Shown here in pieces: positions 18,063 to 27,028 of a DNA stretch of 57,243 nucleotides. This stretch comes from Candidatus Uhrbacteria bacterium. GTDB lineage: Bacteria > Patescibacteriota > Patescibacteriia > JACQRZ01. The stretch lies in contig JACQSB010000017.1 in assembly GCA_016206175.1 (NCBI GenBank), positions 1 to 57,243 of the forward strand, given 5' to 3'. The position numbers were made by a program, and so were the translations under genes. The notes under the pieces were generated by a model. That model was not told where the DNA came from. It did not search any database and saw only the letters and a list, made by a program, of their open reading frames with translations. Positions within the stretch are counted from its first letter, which is position 1, and each line of letters starts with the position of its first letter.

Positions 18063-19169
18063 ATGCTGCCTATGGCACGAAGTGAACAATATCCGCAAGA
18101 CGCTATCGCGGAGCACTATAAACGGTTATCGGAAGGAGAAAAGAGAGGACTGGCACAACGGGCAAAACAACAAACTCGCGATACGGTGCCTCTCCATCGG
18201 CGGCTTGCCGGAGAAAAAGTGACAGCCCAAGAGGTTATGGCGAAAGATATTATTGATCATGTGTGGGCGCGCCTCATGAGGGGGGATACGGTAGCGCAAC
18301 CGATGCTCACGCATGAACGTATAACGCAATCGCGCTACAAGGGAGATCTCCGCCGCAATGTGCGAGAAGGGAAAAAGGAAGAGCATATTCTCTACCGTTA
18401 CCGCAGCGAATTTGAAAAAGCGCTCCGCACCGGCCGGTATAAAGAATTGGATGAATTATATTTTGGCATCGTCGGCCCCGCGCACAGTGCGTTGGGGCGC
18501 GTTACTGGCAACACATGGGAGAGCGTCGTGGTCGGCATACTGAATTTCAACTCAATACTCCATGGCGAAGCGGTGAGCCACGGGCTGACTGAACACGAGA
18601 CAGGAAAACGACAAGAAGATGTTCTTCAACAACTTTTGCTCGCCGATTCACAGTTCATTGGCACTGAATTTTTTTCAAAAGATGTCGCGTTACGCAGGGT
18701 CTCACTAGAAATAAGAAAAAACGAAGCCACAAAACGGGGTGTAAAAGAAAGTCTGCGCCGCGCCATTGTGCGTGCGATCATGGACGATATGACACTCCCG
18801 CACAGCGCATACGGCAGGCAGTTTCAAGAAATCGTCGGCCGCGCATATTCACTTGGTGTGCTCGTAGCTGATGACATCAAAGATATCGCGCGCGATCCAT
18901 CCATACAGGAGGCGATACGCGCTGATTTTGAGAAAAAAGTTGCCTTTCTTGTCCGTACAGTTTCGTCAAAAAAGACCGCGGAAATGGAACGGACAATCGC
19001 TGTAAAATTGGACTCGTATCTTGGAGCGCGTCTCATCAGCGAACCTGCACTACGGAGAATATTTCGCGAGTTTGAAACACGGTATCGCGAGCAGCATCAT
19101 GGCACAAAAATAACGCTTTCCTTTAAGCGTCGTGACAAGGACCCATGGCCGAGGTTTGGCGTACGCTAG
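18063..19169 (+). CDS. hypothetical protein, Arg/Glu-rich, predicted helical
   Basis: 368-aa ORF with an ATG start. No motif recognised. Confidence 0.5.
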   Translation: MLPMARSEQYPQDAIAEHYKRLSEGEKRGLAQRAKQQTRDTVPLHRRLAGEKVTAQEVMAKDIIDHVWARLMRGDTVAQPMLTHERITQSRYKGDLRRNVREGKKEEHILYRYRSEFEKALRTGRYKELDELYFGIVGPAHSALGRVTGNTWESVVVGILNFNSILHGEAVSHGLTEHETGKRQEDVLQQLLLADSQFIGTEFFSKDVALRRVSLEIRKNEATKRGVKESLRRAIVRAIMDDMTLPHSAYGRQFQEIVGRAYSLGVLVADDIKDIARDPSIQEAIRADFEKKVAFLVRTVSSKKTAEMERTIAVKLDSYLGARLISEPALRRIFREFETRYREQHHGTKITLSFKRRDKDPWPRFGVR

Positions 19170-19181
19170 TTTAATGGAGCA

Positions 19182-19877
19182 CTAACGCACGAAAACTTCT
19201 TCACAATACGGAGCGAAAATTTCCTTCACTCCTTCCATCTCTGCTTGCGTGAAAGCGTGGTAGGATTCAAACAACGGATCCAGAGTGGTTTGACTGCGAA
19301 ATTGCTGGAGATACACGCGCCGTGCCCCGTGCATCATCTGTGCCATAGATGCTAACACGGATGGCGGATGGAGCTCCCGTAAAAGCGTACAGCGGAATTC
19401 GTATGGTACTCCATTGTCGCGTATGAGTGAAATTGTCTTTTCTATTGCCGGAACCCCTCGCCCAACAAGCGACTGGTACTGCTCCTTGCTTGTCTTCACA
19501 TCCATCGCGATGTAATCAAGAAGATTCTGATCAAGGAGATTCTGAACGACTTCAGGATTTGATCCGTTCGTGTCAAGCTTTACGAGAAAGCCTTCTTTTT
19601 TGATGCGCAAAATGAATTCCACCAAATCCTGATGAATGGTAGGTTCGCCGCCTGAAATAACAACACCTTCTAAAAGATTTTTTCGTTGCGATAAGAATCG
19701 AAAAAACGTGTCTTCGCTAATAACTGCCGTGCGCATCTCGCGCACTTTTTCAGGCAGTACAAACTCCGGATTATGACAATAACCGCAACGAAAATTGCAT
19801 CCGAGCGTAAATACAATGCAGGCGATCCTGTCAGGAAAATCCAGGATCGTAAAAGGTTGTATACCGCTGATGAGCAT
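19182..19877 (-). CDS. nrdG: anaerobic ribonucleoside-triphosphate reductase activating protein (radical SAM)
   Basis: 231 aa. CNFRCGYCHNPE cluster motif and a GGEP motif. Confidence 0.88.
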   Translation of the reverse strand: MLISGIQPFTILDFPDRIACIVFTLGCNFRCGYCHNPEFVLPEKVREMRTAVISEDTFFRFLSQRKNLLEGVVISGGEPTIHQDLVEFILRIKKEGFLVKLDTNGSNPEVVQNLLDQNLLDYIAMDVKTSKEQYQSLVGRGVPAIEKTISLIRDNGVPYEFRCTLLRELHPPSVLASMAQMMHGARRVYLQQFRSQTTLDPLFESYHAFTQAEMEGVKEIFAPYCEEVFVR

Positions 19878-19934
19878 AGAGAATCAATTATACTGCTTGC
19901 CTCATATTCATTCGGCTTTTATGATTCGCGCCGT

Positions 19935-19964
19935 TTTTGGATCCCCGCCTTCGCGGAGATGACA
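19935..19964. repeat. GC-rich hairpin intergenic repeat, copy B
   Basis: TTTTGGATCCCCGCCTTCGCGGAGATGACA, in the same orientation as copy A. Confidence 0.7.
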
Positions 19965-19970
19965 GAGAGA

Positions 19971-20153
19971 CTACGAAGAATATTTTGCCGTAAACGAAGA
20001 ATTAGCGGCAACACACTCCTCAAAATGTTTGCGTGAATAGTGCTCTGCTTTTTTCCCGATATTAAATTGCGACACCGGGCGGTGGTAGCCCATCACTCGC
20101 GTCCATACTTCGCAGCGCGTTCTCCTACTGTCTTGCGTGATCGGAGGATTCAT
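19971..20153 (-). CDS. NrdD C-terminal glycyl-radical segment, encoded in the +1 frame relative to the nrdD body
   Basis: The ORF frame open over 19971-20267 encodes CEVWTRVMGYHRPVSQFNIGKKAEHYSRKHF, the canonical class III RNR glycyl-radical signature. The Gly codon is at 20088-20090. An internal ATG lies at 20153. Confidence 0.6.
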   Translation of the reverse strand: MNPPITQDSRRTRCEVWTRVMGYHRPVSQFNIGKKAEHYSRKHFEECVAANSSFTAKYSS

Positions 20154-22323
20154 ATGCTTTTTCTTCGTTATGAATAATCGGTGATTTTTGCTCGTTCGGT
20201 CTCTTATGATGCAGAGCCGTGTCTGAGGTAAAATGCTCGCGATATCCATGGTCAAACTGTGCTTCACTTTTCACTCCATTCATTGCATCACAACGCGGGC
20301 AGTAATCATATTCGCCTGCAAGATACCCATGCACAGGGCAAATAGAAAATGTCGGCGTGATGGTGATGTAGGGCAAACGGAAATTAGTAAGAATTTTTCG
20401 AACCAACTCACGGCACATCTCCGGAGAGCTGATGCGTTCTGTCATGTAGCAATGCAATACCGTCCCGCCGGTATATTTTGTCTGAAGGCCGTCTTGCAGC
20501 TGCAGCGCTTCAAAAACATCATCCGTATGTTCAACTGGAATCTGAGAGGAGTTTGTATAGTAAGGCGCCATTTTCGTGCCTGCGTGCAGAATGTCGCCGA
20601 ATCTCCTTTGATCTTCTCGAGCAAAACGGTAGGTCGCCGACTCTGCCGGTGTTGCCTCCAGATTGTAAAGATTGCCCGTCTCCTCCTGGAACTCTCGTAG
20701 CTTACTGCGCATAAAATCCAATGTCTCAGCCGCGAATTGTTGTCCGGCAAGCGTCGTAACGTCATCCTTTCCGTCGGTGAAATTTCGTATTGCTTCGTTC
20801 ACGCCATTTATCCCGATAGTCGAAAAATGGTTGTTGAGGTGCCCGAGATAGCGTTTCGTAAACGGAAATAATCCGCGATCGAGCCATTTTTGTATTTCCT
20901 TGCGCTTGATTTCCAACGATGTTTTTGCAAGGTTCATCAAGTGTTCAATTCGGGCAAGAAATGCTTGCTTGTCGCCTTTATGCAGGTAGCCGATACGTGC
21001 GGCATTGATCGTCACCACTCCGATAGAACCTGTCATCTCTGCTGAACCAAACAATCCACCGCCGCGTTTGCGAAGTTCCGTAAGGTCAAGCTGAAGCCGG
21101 CAGCACATGGAACGCACGTCACCGGGGTTCATATCAGAATTGATAAAATTCTGAAAATACGGCATGCCGAATTTGGCTGTCATTTCGAACAACGGAATAT
21201 TTTTAGGATCATTCCAGTCAAAATCTTTTCCGATATTGTAAGTCGGGATCGGAAATGTAAAAACTCTGCTCTTCGCGTCTCCCGTAGTCATTACATCAAT
21301 AAAGGCGCGATTGATGATATCCATCTGCGGCTGCAGTTCGCCAAACGTGTAAGGGAATAATTTCCCGCCAAGCAATAGCTGGTGGTCTTTCAGATCATTC
21401 GGACAATTCCAGTCAAGAGTGATGTTTGTAAACGGCGTTTGCGTACCCCACCGAGACGGAATATTGAGATTAAAAACAAACGACTGGATATTTTGGTATA
21501 CGTACGAGTAAACATTTTTCGCCAGGTATTCTTCTCGAGCTTCATCAGATGGGAATAACATGCCTCCTTGAGCGATCGAAGCGCGTAATTCGTCTTCGTA
21601 TTTTTTTACAAATGGAGCAAGATAGGTATCAAAACTTGAGAATGCTTGCGCTCCAGCCCATTCATTTTGAAGGGTTCCCAAAAAGTTCACCATCTGCGCG
21701 ACAGCGGAGCTCAGATGTTTCGGCGGACCTGATTCGATTTTATTCGGAATACCGTTAAAACCTTCTTCCAGAAGCGCTCGCAAGCTCCATCCCGCGCAAT
21801 AACCGGAAAACATATCCAAGTCGTGGATATGGACATCAGCATTCCGGTGGGCATCGCCGATCGCTTTCGGATAGACATGGGAAAGCCAATAGTTTGCGAC
21901 TACCTTGCCTGCCGTATTCAAGATAAGACCGCCGAGAGAATATCCTTGATTGGAATTCGCATTCACGCGCCAATCAACCTCGTTGAGATATTCAGTGATC
22001 GTTTTTTCCACCTCGACTACCACATTTCTTCCTTCGCGCGCCGTGCGCCGCCGCTCGCGGTAGAGAATATATGCTTTCGCTATTTCGGTATACCCCTTCT
22101 CCATGAGCACACTCTCCACAAGATCTTGCGCATTCTCCACAGTGGGAATATTGTCAGTAAAATTTTCTTCAAGCCGCGCGATCACTTGATTCGTGAGTGC
22201 AGCGCTTTCTTCAATTTCATTCGTACCAACTGCAATGATCGCTTTTTTGATAGCATTTTGTATTTTGCGGCTATCAAAGTCCTGAATGCTTCCGTTGCGC
22301 TTTTGGATCTTGTAAACCGGCAT
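20125..22323 (-). CDS. nrdD: anaerobic ribonucleoside-triphosphate reductase (class III), body with ATP-cone; the in-frame product lacks the glycyl-radical motif
   Basis: 732 aa. N-terminal ATP-cone (KRNGSIQDFDSRKIQNAIKKA). C-terminal TPTFSICPVHGYLAGEYDYCPRCD Zn-ribbon. The ORF then runs 53 codons without similarity to a stop at 20125. Confidence 0.85.
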   Translation of the reverse strand: MPVYKIQKRNGSIQDFDSRKIQNAIKKAIIAVGTNEIEESAALTNQVIARLEENFTDNIPTVENAQDLVESVLMEKGYTEIAKAYILYRERRRTAREGRNVVVEVEKTITEYLNEVDWRVNANSNQGYSLGGLILNTAGKVVANYWLSHVYPKAIGDAHRNADVHIHDLDMFSGYCAGWSLRALLEEGFNGIPNKIESGPPKHLSSAVAQMVNFLGTLQNEWAGAQAFSSFDTYLAPFVKKYEDELRASIAQGGMLFPSDEAREEYLAKNVYSYVYQNIQSFVFNLNIPSRWGTQTPFTNITLDWNCPNDLKDHQLLLGGKLFPYTFGELQPQMDIINRAFIDVMTTGDAKSRVFTFPIPTYNIGKDFDWNDPKNIPLFEMTAKFGMPYFQNFINSDMNPGDVRSMCCRLQLDLTELRKRGGGLFGSAEMTGSIGVVTINAARIGYLHKGDKQAFLARIEHLMNLAKTSLEIKRKEIQKWLDRGLFPFTKRYLGHLNNHFSTIGINGVNEAIRNFTDGKDDVTTLAGQQFAAETLDFMRSKLREFQEETGNLYNLEATPAESATYRFAREDQRRFGDILHAGTKMAPYYTNSSQIPVEHTDDVFEALQLQDGLQTKYTGGTVLHCYMTERISSPEMCRELVRKILTNFRLPYITITPTFSICPVHGYLAGEYDYCPRCDAMNGVKSEAQFDHGYREHFTSDTALHHKRPNEQKSPIIHNEEKAYESSDHARQ

Positions 22324-22367
22324 AGAAGATGAAATATATGGCTTATTCGCAAGATAAGAGACAAATA

Positions 22368-22394
22368 AAGCTCACCCTTTCAAGAGGTGAGCTT
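22368..22394 (-). terminator. hairpin, probable terminator of the upstream zinc-ribbon gene
   Basis: AAGCTCACC / GGTGAGCTT stem. On the minus strand it is followed by TATTTGTCTCTT. Confidence 0.45.
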
Positions 22395-22432
22395 CTGTGA
22401 GCTTCGTTAAGATGAATTGTAGCGAGCTTATT

Positions 22433-22660
22433 TTACCCGGATCCTGTGGCAGTATCGGCAAGTACTCGATTCGAACAAGTTCCGGCGATTGCGCAATAAT
22501 GTTCGAGCGAAGGAGGGCCTTCAAATAGATTCATCGTTCCGCAGCGACGGCATTTCACTTGTACCTCGCTGTCAGACAGCATGCCCTTAAACATAAGTTT
22601 GCTGCATTCTTTGCAGCGGTATTCATTGTACAGATTGTGATGAAGTTGTGCAGAGCACAT
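22433..22660 (-). CDS. Com-like zinc-ribbon protein
   Basis: 75 aa from the ATG at 22660. YRCKECSKLMFKG....VQVKCRRCGTMN matches the CxxC-N-CxxC Mu Com-type pattern. The longer ORF would overlap dsbB. Confidence 0.5.
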   Translation of the reverse strand: MCSAQLHHNLYNEYRCKECSKLMFKGMLSDSEVQVKCRRCGTMNLFEGPPSLEHYCAIAGTCSNRVLADTATGSG

Positions 22661-22734
22661 AGAAACGGGTGGTGGATTGTTACTGTACCATGTACGAAAG
22701 AGGTGGACAATACACTTTCTGTGGATAACGAGAA

Positions 22735-23262
22735 TCACAGAGATCTCTCGAAGTTTTTTCGGATAATGGAAAGCAAAAAAATCAGAATAAACGCGGAGAA
22801 AGCCATGAGTGGTATGGTAATATAGCCGTAATTCATCACAAAAACCTTTGAGCATGCGACGGAATATCCGACCGCACCGCACTCAACACCTTTCACCACT
22901 CCGACTTGAAGTAAATAATGGTATCCGGCAATGAATGCACCGATACCGGAAAGGACGCCGCAAGCATTAGCAATGACTCCGGTGCGCCATGCAATAGCTA
23001 ACGCCATTAAGATTGTTTGCGGATACATAAAAATCCGCTGGAGCCAGCATAATTTACAGGGCTCATATCCAGCAATCTCGGAATAAAAGAGGCTGCCAAG
23101 CATCGCGATAAGAGCGATAATAAACATACCGGCTATCGCGTGCTTTGAGGCAAAAGAAGTGACGGTTTTCCAATGTGTAAGCGCAGCGACGATAAGAATG
23201 ATAGAAAGTATCTGCGCCAGAATCGTTAAAAACGAAAGAAATTGGGAAATCGTTGCTGTCAT
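22735..23262 (-). CDS. dsbB: disulfide bond formation protein B (BdbC/DsbB type)
   Basis: 175 aa, four TM segments, CKLCWLQR motif and a second Cys pair. Confidence 0.8.
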   Translation of the reverse strand: MTATISQFLSFLTILAQILSIILIVAALTHWKTVTSFASKHAIAGMFIIALIAMLGSLFYSEIAGYEPCKLCWLQRIFMYPQTILMALAIAWRTGVIANACGVLSGIGAFIAGYHYLLQVGVVKGVECGAVGYSVACSKVFVMNYGYITIPLMAFSAFILIFLLSIIRKNFERSL

Positions 23263-23274
23263 AGCAATGGTATC

Positions 23275-23652
23275 TTACGGCAACGTGCAACCGGTCTTTT
23301 CTGCCAGTGTTTCAAGTTTTATCTCCCCACTCAACCGAGAGCCGTCAGCGAACTCCCATGTCGGATATCCTTCGATTTTTTTTTCAACGCAAATCGGAAG
23401 CTGTGATCTTCCATTAGATGTCGAGCATTCAACATACGGTAATTTCTTTTCTGATTTGCCAAACATCTTCTTTTGGTTCTGGCAATGCGGACACCAAAAC
23501 GCGCCATAAAACACTGCTCCTTTTTCTCCCAAACATGAGGCGAATGAATCAAGCTCGCCAGCAACATTTGACGGCCGGACGATAAAAAAAATACTGGCAA
23601 ATAGCACTACCGCAACCCCTCCCCATAAGGTGATTGATTTTGATTTTTTCAT
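23275..23652 (-). CDS. membrane-anchored thioredoxin-fold protein
   Basis: 125 aa. N-terminal TM helix, FWCPHCQNQK active site, GYPTW motif. Confidence 0.75.
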   Translation of the reverse strand: MKKSKSITLWGGVAVVLFASIFFIVRPSNVAGELDSFASCLGEKGAVFYGAFWCPHCQNQKKMFGKSEKKLPYVECSTSNGRSQLPICVEKKIEGYPTWEFADGSRLSGEIKLETLAEKTGCTLP

Positions 23653-23719
23653 ACGTATAATTGTAATGGAATAGTAGTTTCCCTGTTTTCTTAAACGCTG
23701 TCAAGCTGTTTTTCTTGCC

Positions 23720-23756
23720 ACACCAGACTTCAAAATCCGCAAAATATGGTATACTA
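23720..23756 (+). promoter_or_regulatory. candidate extended -10 promoter for pyrD
   Basis: TGgTATACT at 23747-23755, about 47 nt upstream of the pyrD ATG. Confidence 0.45.
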
Positions 23757-23802
23757 TTATCCATGATATTGTAGCAAATTCTCCTGAATAATCCACTTCT
23801 AA

Positions 23803-24678
23803 ATGATCACTCTTTCCAATAATCATTCATTTGAACACATGGCGGCATCCGGCGCCTTGGCATTCGATGGCCAAGGCTGGCCTTGGGAAAAGCCGCTCAA
23901 GTGGGTTGGTCTGTTTAATCCGGCCCTTTTCACAATAGTTATAAAAACCCTCACTCGAAAACCGAGGAAAGGAAATCTGCGATGGTACAATCCGCTTCGA
24001 TGCATTCGATTCTTGCGTGGCGGCGCCGTGAATGCCGTAGGACTCACCAACCCGGGCATTGAATGGTGGTGCAAAACCATTGGGCCTACGATAGATCAAA
24101 AAAAGCTTGCGCTTGTCGGCTCGATCCTCACCGACAACAACAATGAGGAGCTTGCCGAGATGGCGGAAATGCTTAACCCCTATGATCTTGTTGGCCTGGA
24201 AGTAAACGCATCGTGCCCGAATACCACAGGAGAAATGCTAGGCAATGCGGCAAAAGTAATTGAGGGCTTGCAGAAAGTAAAAGCAAAAACGCGCTTTCCT
24301 CTTTTGGTAAAACTTTCCGTTCTGCATGATGTCGAATATCTTGTCCCGCGGCTTGAAGGGCTTGTTGAAGCAATCTCAATTAATACTGTTCCTTGGTCGA
24401 AAATATTCCCGAATAAAACGAGTCCATTAGCTCGGTTCGGCGGTGGCGGCGTGTCCGGCAAAATCGCCCAACCATATACCTGGGACCTTGTACAACGTCT
24501 TGCATCCCTGACGTCGATCCCCGTGATCGGACCGGGGGTGTGGGACTATGAAGATATCGCTCGACTCCGTTCGCTCGGCGCTTCTGCGATCAGCTTCGGC
24601 TCGATTTTTATGCGTTACCCCTGGCGACCAACGCTCTATGTAAAAAAAGATAGAAAGACATTAACACAATACATATGA
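23803..24678 (+). CDS. pyrD: dihydroorotate dehydrogenase, class 1-like
   Basis: 291 aa with NASCPN active-site Cys loop, LLVKLS, and a GGGGVSG...IPVIGPGV FMN site. Confidence 0.75.
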   Translation: MITLSNNHSFEHMAASGALAFDGQGWPWEKPLKWVGLFNPALFTIVIKTLTRKPRKGNLRWYNPLRCIRFLRGGAVNAVGLTNPGIEWWCKTIGPTIDQKKLALVGSILTDNNNEELAEMAEMLNPYDLVGLEVNASCPNTTGEMLGNAAKVIEGLQKVKAKTRFPLLVKLSVLHDVEYLVPRLEGLVEAISINTVPWSKIFPNKTSPLARFGGGGVSGKIAQPYTWDLVQRLASLTSIPVIGPGVWDYEDIARLRSLGASAISFGSIFMRYPWRPTLYVKKDRKTLTQYI

Positions 24679-27017
24679 ACAATCTTGCAACAAAAATCGC
24701 CATTGGCGTAGCTGGTTTCCTTATTGTAGCTCTCATCGGAGCTGGGTCATTATTCCTCATCCAACGCGGCAAGCAGCAGCAAAAAGATACTGATGGTACG
24801 GCAAAAAAAACGATGACGCTGCAGGAAAAATTGGCAGCGCAAAAAACGATTAAAAAGTTTTCGTCCTATGATGAAATGGCTGCCTTTCTCGAAAAGGCAT
24901 CGCAAGAATCATACGGCGGCGGATATTCAACGCGTGCGTTAACAGCGCTGCCTTCTTCTGCCGCTGAAATAGCTCCGAGTGCGCCAACCGCCGCTCCGCA
25001 AGCTCAATACTTTTCAGATGTTGCCGTGGGGAGCACGGCTAAGACAGATGCGCCATCATCTCCCGACTATTCACGGACCAATATTCAGGTAGAAGGTGTT
25101 GATGAAGCTGACATCATAAAAACAGATGGAAATTATATCTACGCACTCGTACGAAATAATCTCACGATCATAAAATCCGTACCGGCCAAACAAAGTGCGA
25201 TCGTTGCAAGTATTGATTTCAAATCACGACCGCAGGAGTTATTTATCAACGGCGACCGCTTGGCAGTATTTGGCTCCGACAGCGAATTCCAAAAGACGGA
25301 ACTTTACCGATCGTTGCCGCGGCAGTCTGATTACACCTATCTCTCGATTTACGATATCGCTGATCGTGCCGCGCCAAAAGAACTACGAACGATCAGATAT
25401 GAAGGAAACTATTTTTCATCTCGCATGATCGGCTCGTACGTCTACCTCGTGACAAACACCTACCAGTATGGGTATGAAAACGATGAGACTCCTTTGCCGC
25501 GGGTTATCGAAAACAATGCTGTCCTTCCCAACACATGCGCGGCTGGATCGCCTTGTTTTGTGCCTGACGCATACTATTTTGATATTCCGTATGAATCCTA
25601 CACTCTTGCGACGCTCTCTTCTATTAACCTTACTGATGCCGCTGCGCCGGTCGAAGGCGATGTCTATGTATTGCCAAGCGCAGAGAATATGTACGTATCA
25701 CAAAACGCAGCGTACATCACCTATACAAAACAGCTCAATGAATACGAAATTATGCTGGAAGCCTCTCGCGAAGTAATGGAGCCTCGCCTCACTGACGAAG
25801 AGCGCCAGCGAATTGCGGCAATAGAGGCTACCGAAGATTTTATTCTCACCCGTTCAGAAAAAATGGATAAAATCGGACGAGTGTTCGAACGCAACACTGC
25901 TAAACTCTCTGAAGATGAACTCAAGCAGCTTGAAGAACAAATGAAAAACGTGCTGAAACAAAAATTCGACGCGCTGGCCGATGAACTCGAAAAAACAGTG
26001 ATTCATAAAATCACCCTAAAAGATAATCGAGTTGAGTATGCCGCCACCGGAGAAGTGAGGGGTTCTGTCTTGAACCAATTTTCCATGGATGAAAGCGGCG
26101 ACTATTTCCGCATTGCAACGACCAAAGGACGCGAGTGGCTCCCGTTCAATACTGATGAAGAGGAACAAAAATCCTATAGTAATGTCTATGTCCTAGATGC
26201 CGGCATGAATGTAATTGGTTCGCTCGAACGATTGGCAGAAGGAGAGCGCATCTATTCGGCTCGATTTATGCAAAATCGCGCGTACCTCGTCACATTCCAA
26301 CAAATGGATCCTCTCTTCGTTATCGATCTTACCGAACCGACAGCCCCAAAGGTGCTTGGCGAGTTGAAGATCCCCGGATTTTCCAATTACCTCCATCCGT
26401 ACGATGACACTACGCTCATCGGCCTTGGCAAAGATACGGAAGTCACCGAATCGGGAGGCGTACGGCAGAAAGGCTTGAAGCTCTCCCTTTTTGACGTATC
26501 AGACGTATCTACCCCTCGCGAGATAGATGCCATTGTCATCGGTGAAAGTGGCAGTGATTCAATAGCAGCGCAAGACCATAAAGCGTTTCTGTTTTCACGA
26601 GAGAAAAATTTACTGGTGATCCCAGCTTCGCTCATGGAAACAAAAGACAAAGGCTGGCCGGAATTCACCTTTGGCGGAGCATTGATATTCAAGGTTGATA
26701 AAAACGGGTTTGACTTACGGGGACGGATCGATCACTCTGATGGTGGAGCAGGATCGGAATGGGATTGGTGGGGAGGGTATGGATATTTTGATAACACAGT
26801 GAAACGGAGCCTTTATATTGACAACGTGCTGTATACATTCTCGAACCTCTATCTTAAAGCCAATTCACTTGACGACCTTGCCGAGATTGCAACAGTAGTG
26901 TTTAAAAAAGAAAAGATAGAGGAACCGAAACTCTTAGAGCCATTCTCTGGTCCTGTTATTGATACCGCACCTCCACAATTAATGCCCGCCGTACCACTTG
27001 ATGTAAAAATTAAATAA
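24675..27017 (+). CDS. secreted beta-propeller domain protein (COG4880/PF09826-like)
   Basis: 780 aa. N-terminal TM/signal. The YSRTNIQVEGVDEADIIKTDGNYIY motif is typical of this family. ATGA overlap with pyrD. Confidence 0.7.
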   Translation: MNNLATKIAIGVAGFLIVALIGAGSLFLIQRGKQQQKDTDGTAKKTMTLQEKLAAQKTIKKFSSYDEMAAFLEKASQESYGGGYSTRALTALPSSAAEIAPSAPTAAPQAQYFSDVAVGSTAKTDAPSSPDYSRTNIQVEGVDEADIIKTDGNYIYALVRNNLTIIKSVPAKQSAIVASIDFKSRPQELFINGDRLAVFGSDSEFQKTELYRSLPRQSDYTYLSIYDIADRAAPKELRTIRYEGNYFSSRMIGSYVYLVTNTYQYGYENDETPLPRVIENNAVLPNTCAAGSPCFVPDAYYFDIPYESYTLATLSSINLTDAAAPVEGDVYVLPSAENMYVSQNAAYITYTKQLNEYEIMLEASREVMEPRLTDEERQRIAAIEATEDFILTRSEKMDKIGRVFERNTAKLSEDELKQLEEQMKNVLKQKFDALADELEKTVIHKITLKDNRVEYAATGEVRGSVLNQFSMDESGDYFRIATTKGREWLPFNTDEEEQKSYSNVYVLDAGMNVIGSLERLAEGERIYSARFMQNRAYLVTFQQMDPLFVIDLTEPTAPKVLGELKIPGFSNYLHPYDDTTLIGLGKDTEVTESGGVRQKGLKLSLFDVSDVSTPREIDAIVIGESGSDSIAAQDHKAFLFSREKNLLVIPASLMETKDKGWPEFTFGGALIFKVDKNGFDLRGRIDHSDGGAGSEWDWWGGYGYFDNTVKRSLYIDNVLYTFSNLYLKANSLDDLAEIATVVFKKEKIEEPKLLEPFSGPVIDTAPPQLMPAVPLDVKIK

Positions 27018-27028
27018 TCGAGATTTGT

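Noticed and set aside
20115-20286. A self-splicing intron or an intein as the explanation for the nrdD intervening segment.
   Set aside because: At 172 nt it is far shorter than known group I or group II introns. An intein would be in frame and much longer, with splicing motifs. I retain it only as a low-probability alternative, to be excluded by RNA-seq.
22661-22882. N-terminal 74 codons of the 149-aa ORF, extending the zinc-ribbon gene into dsbB.
   Set aside because: This would overlap the 3' end of dsbB by 148 nt in another frame, and the extension has no recognisable features. The Zn-ribbon domain starts right after the internal ATG at 22660.
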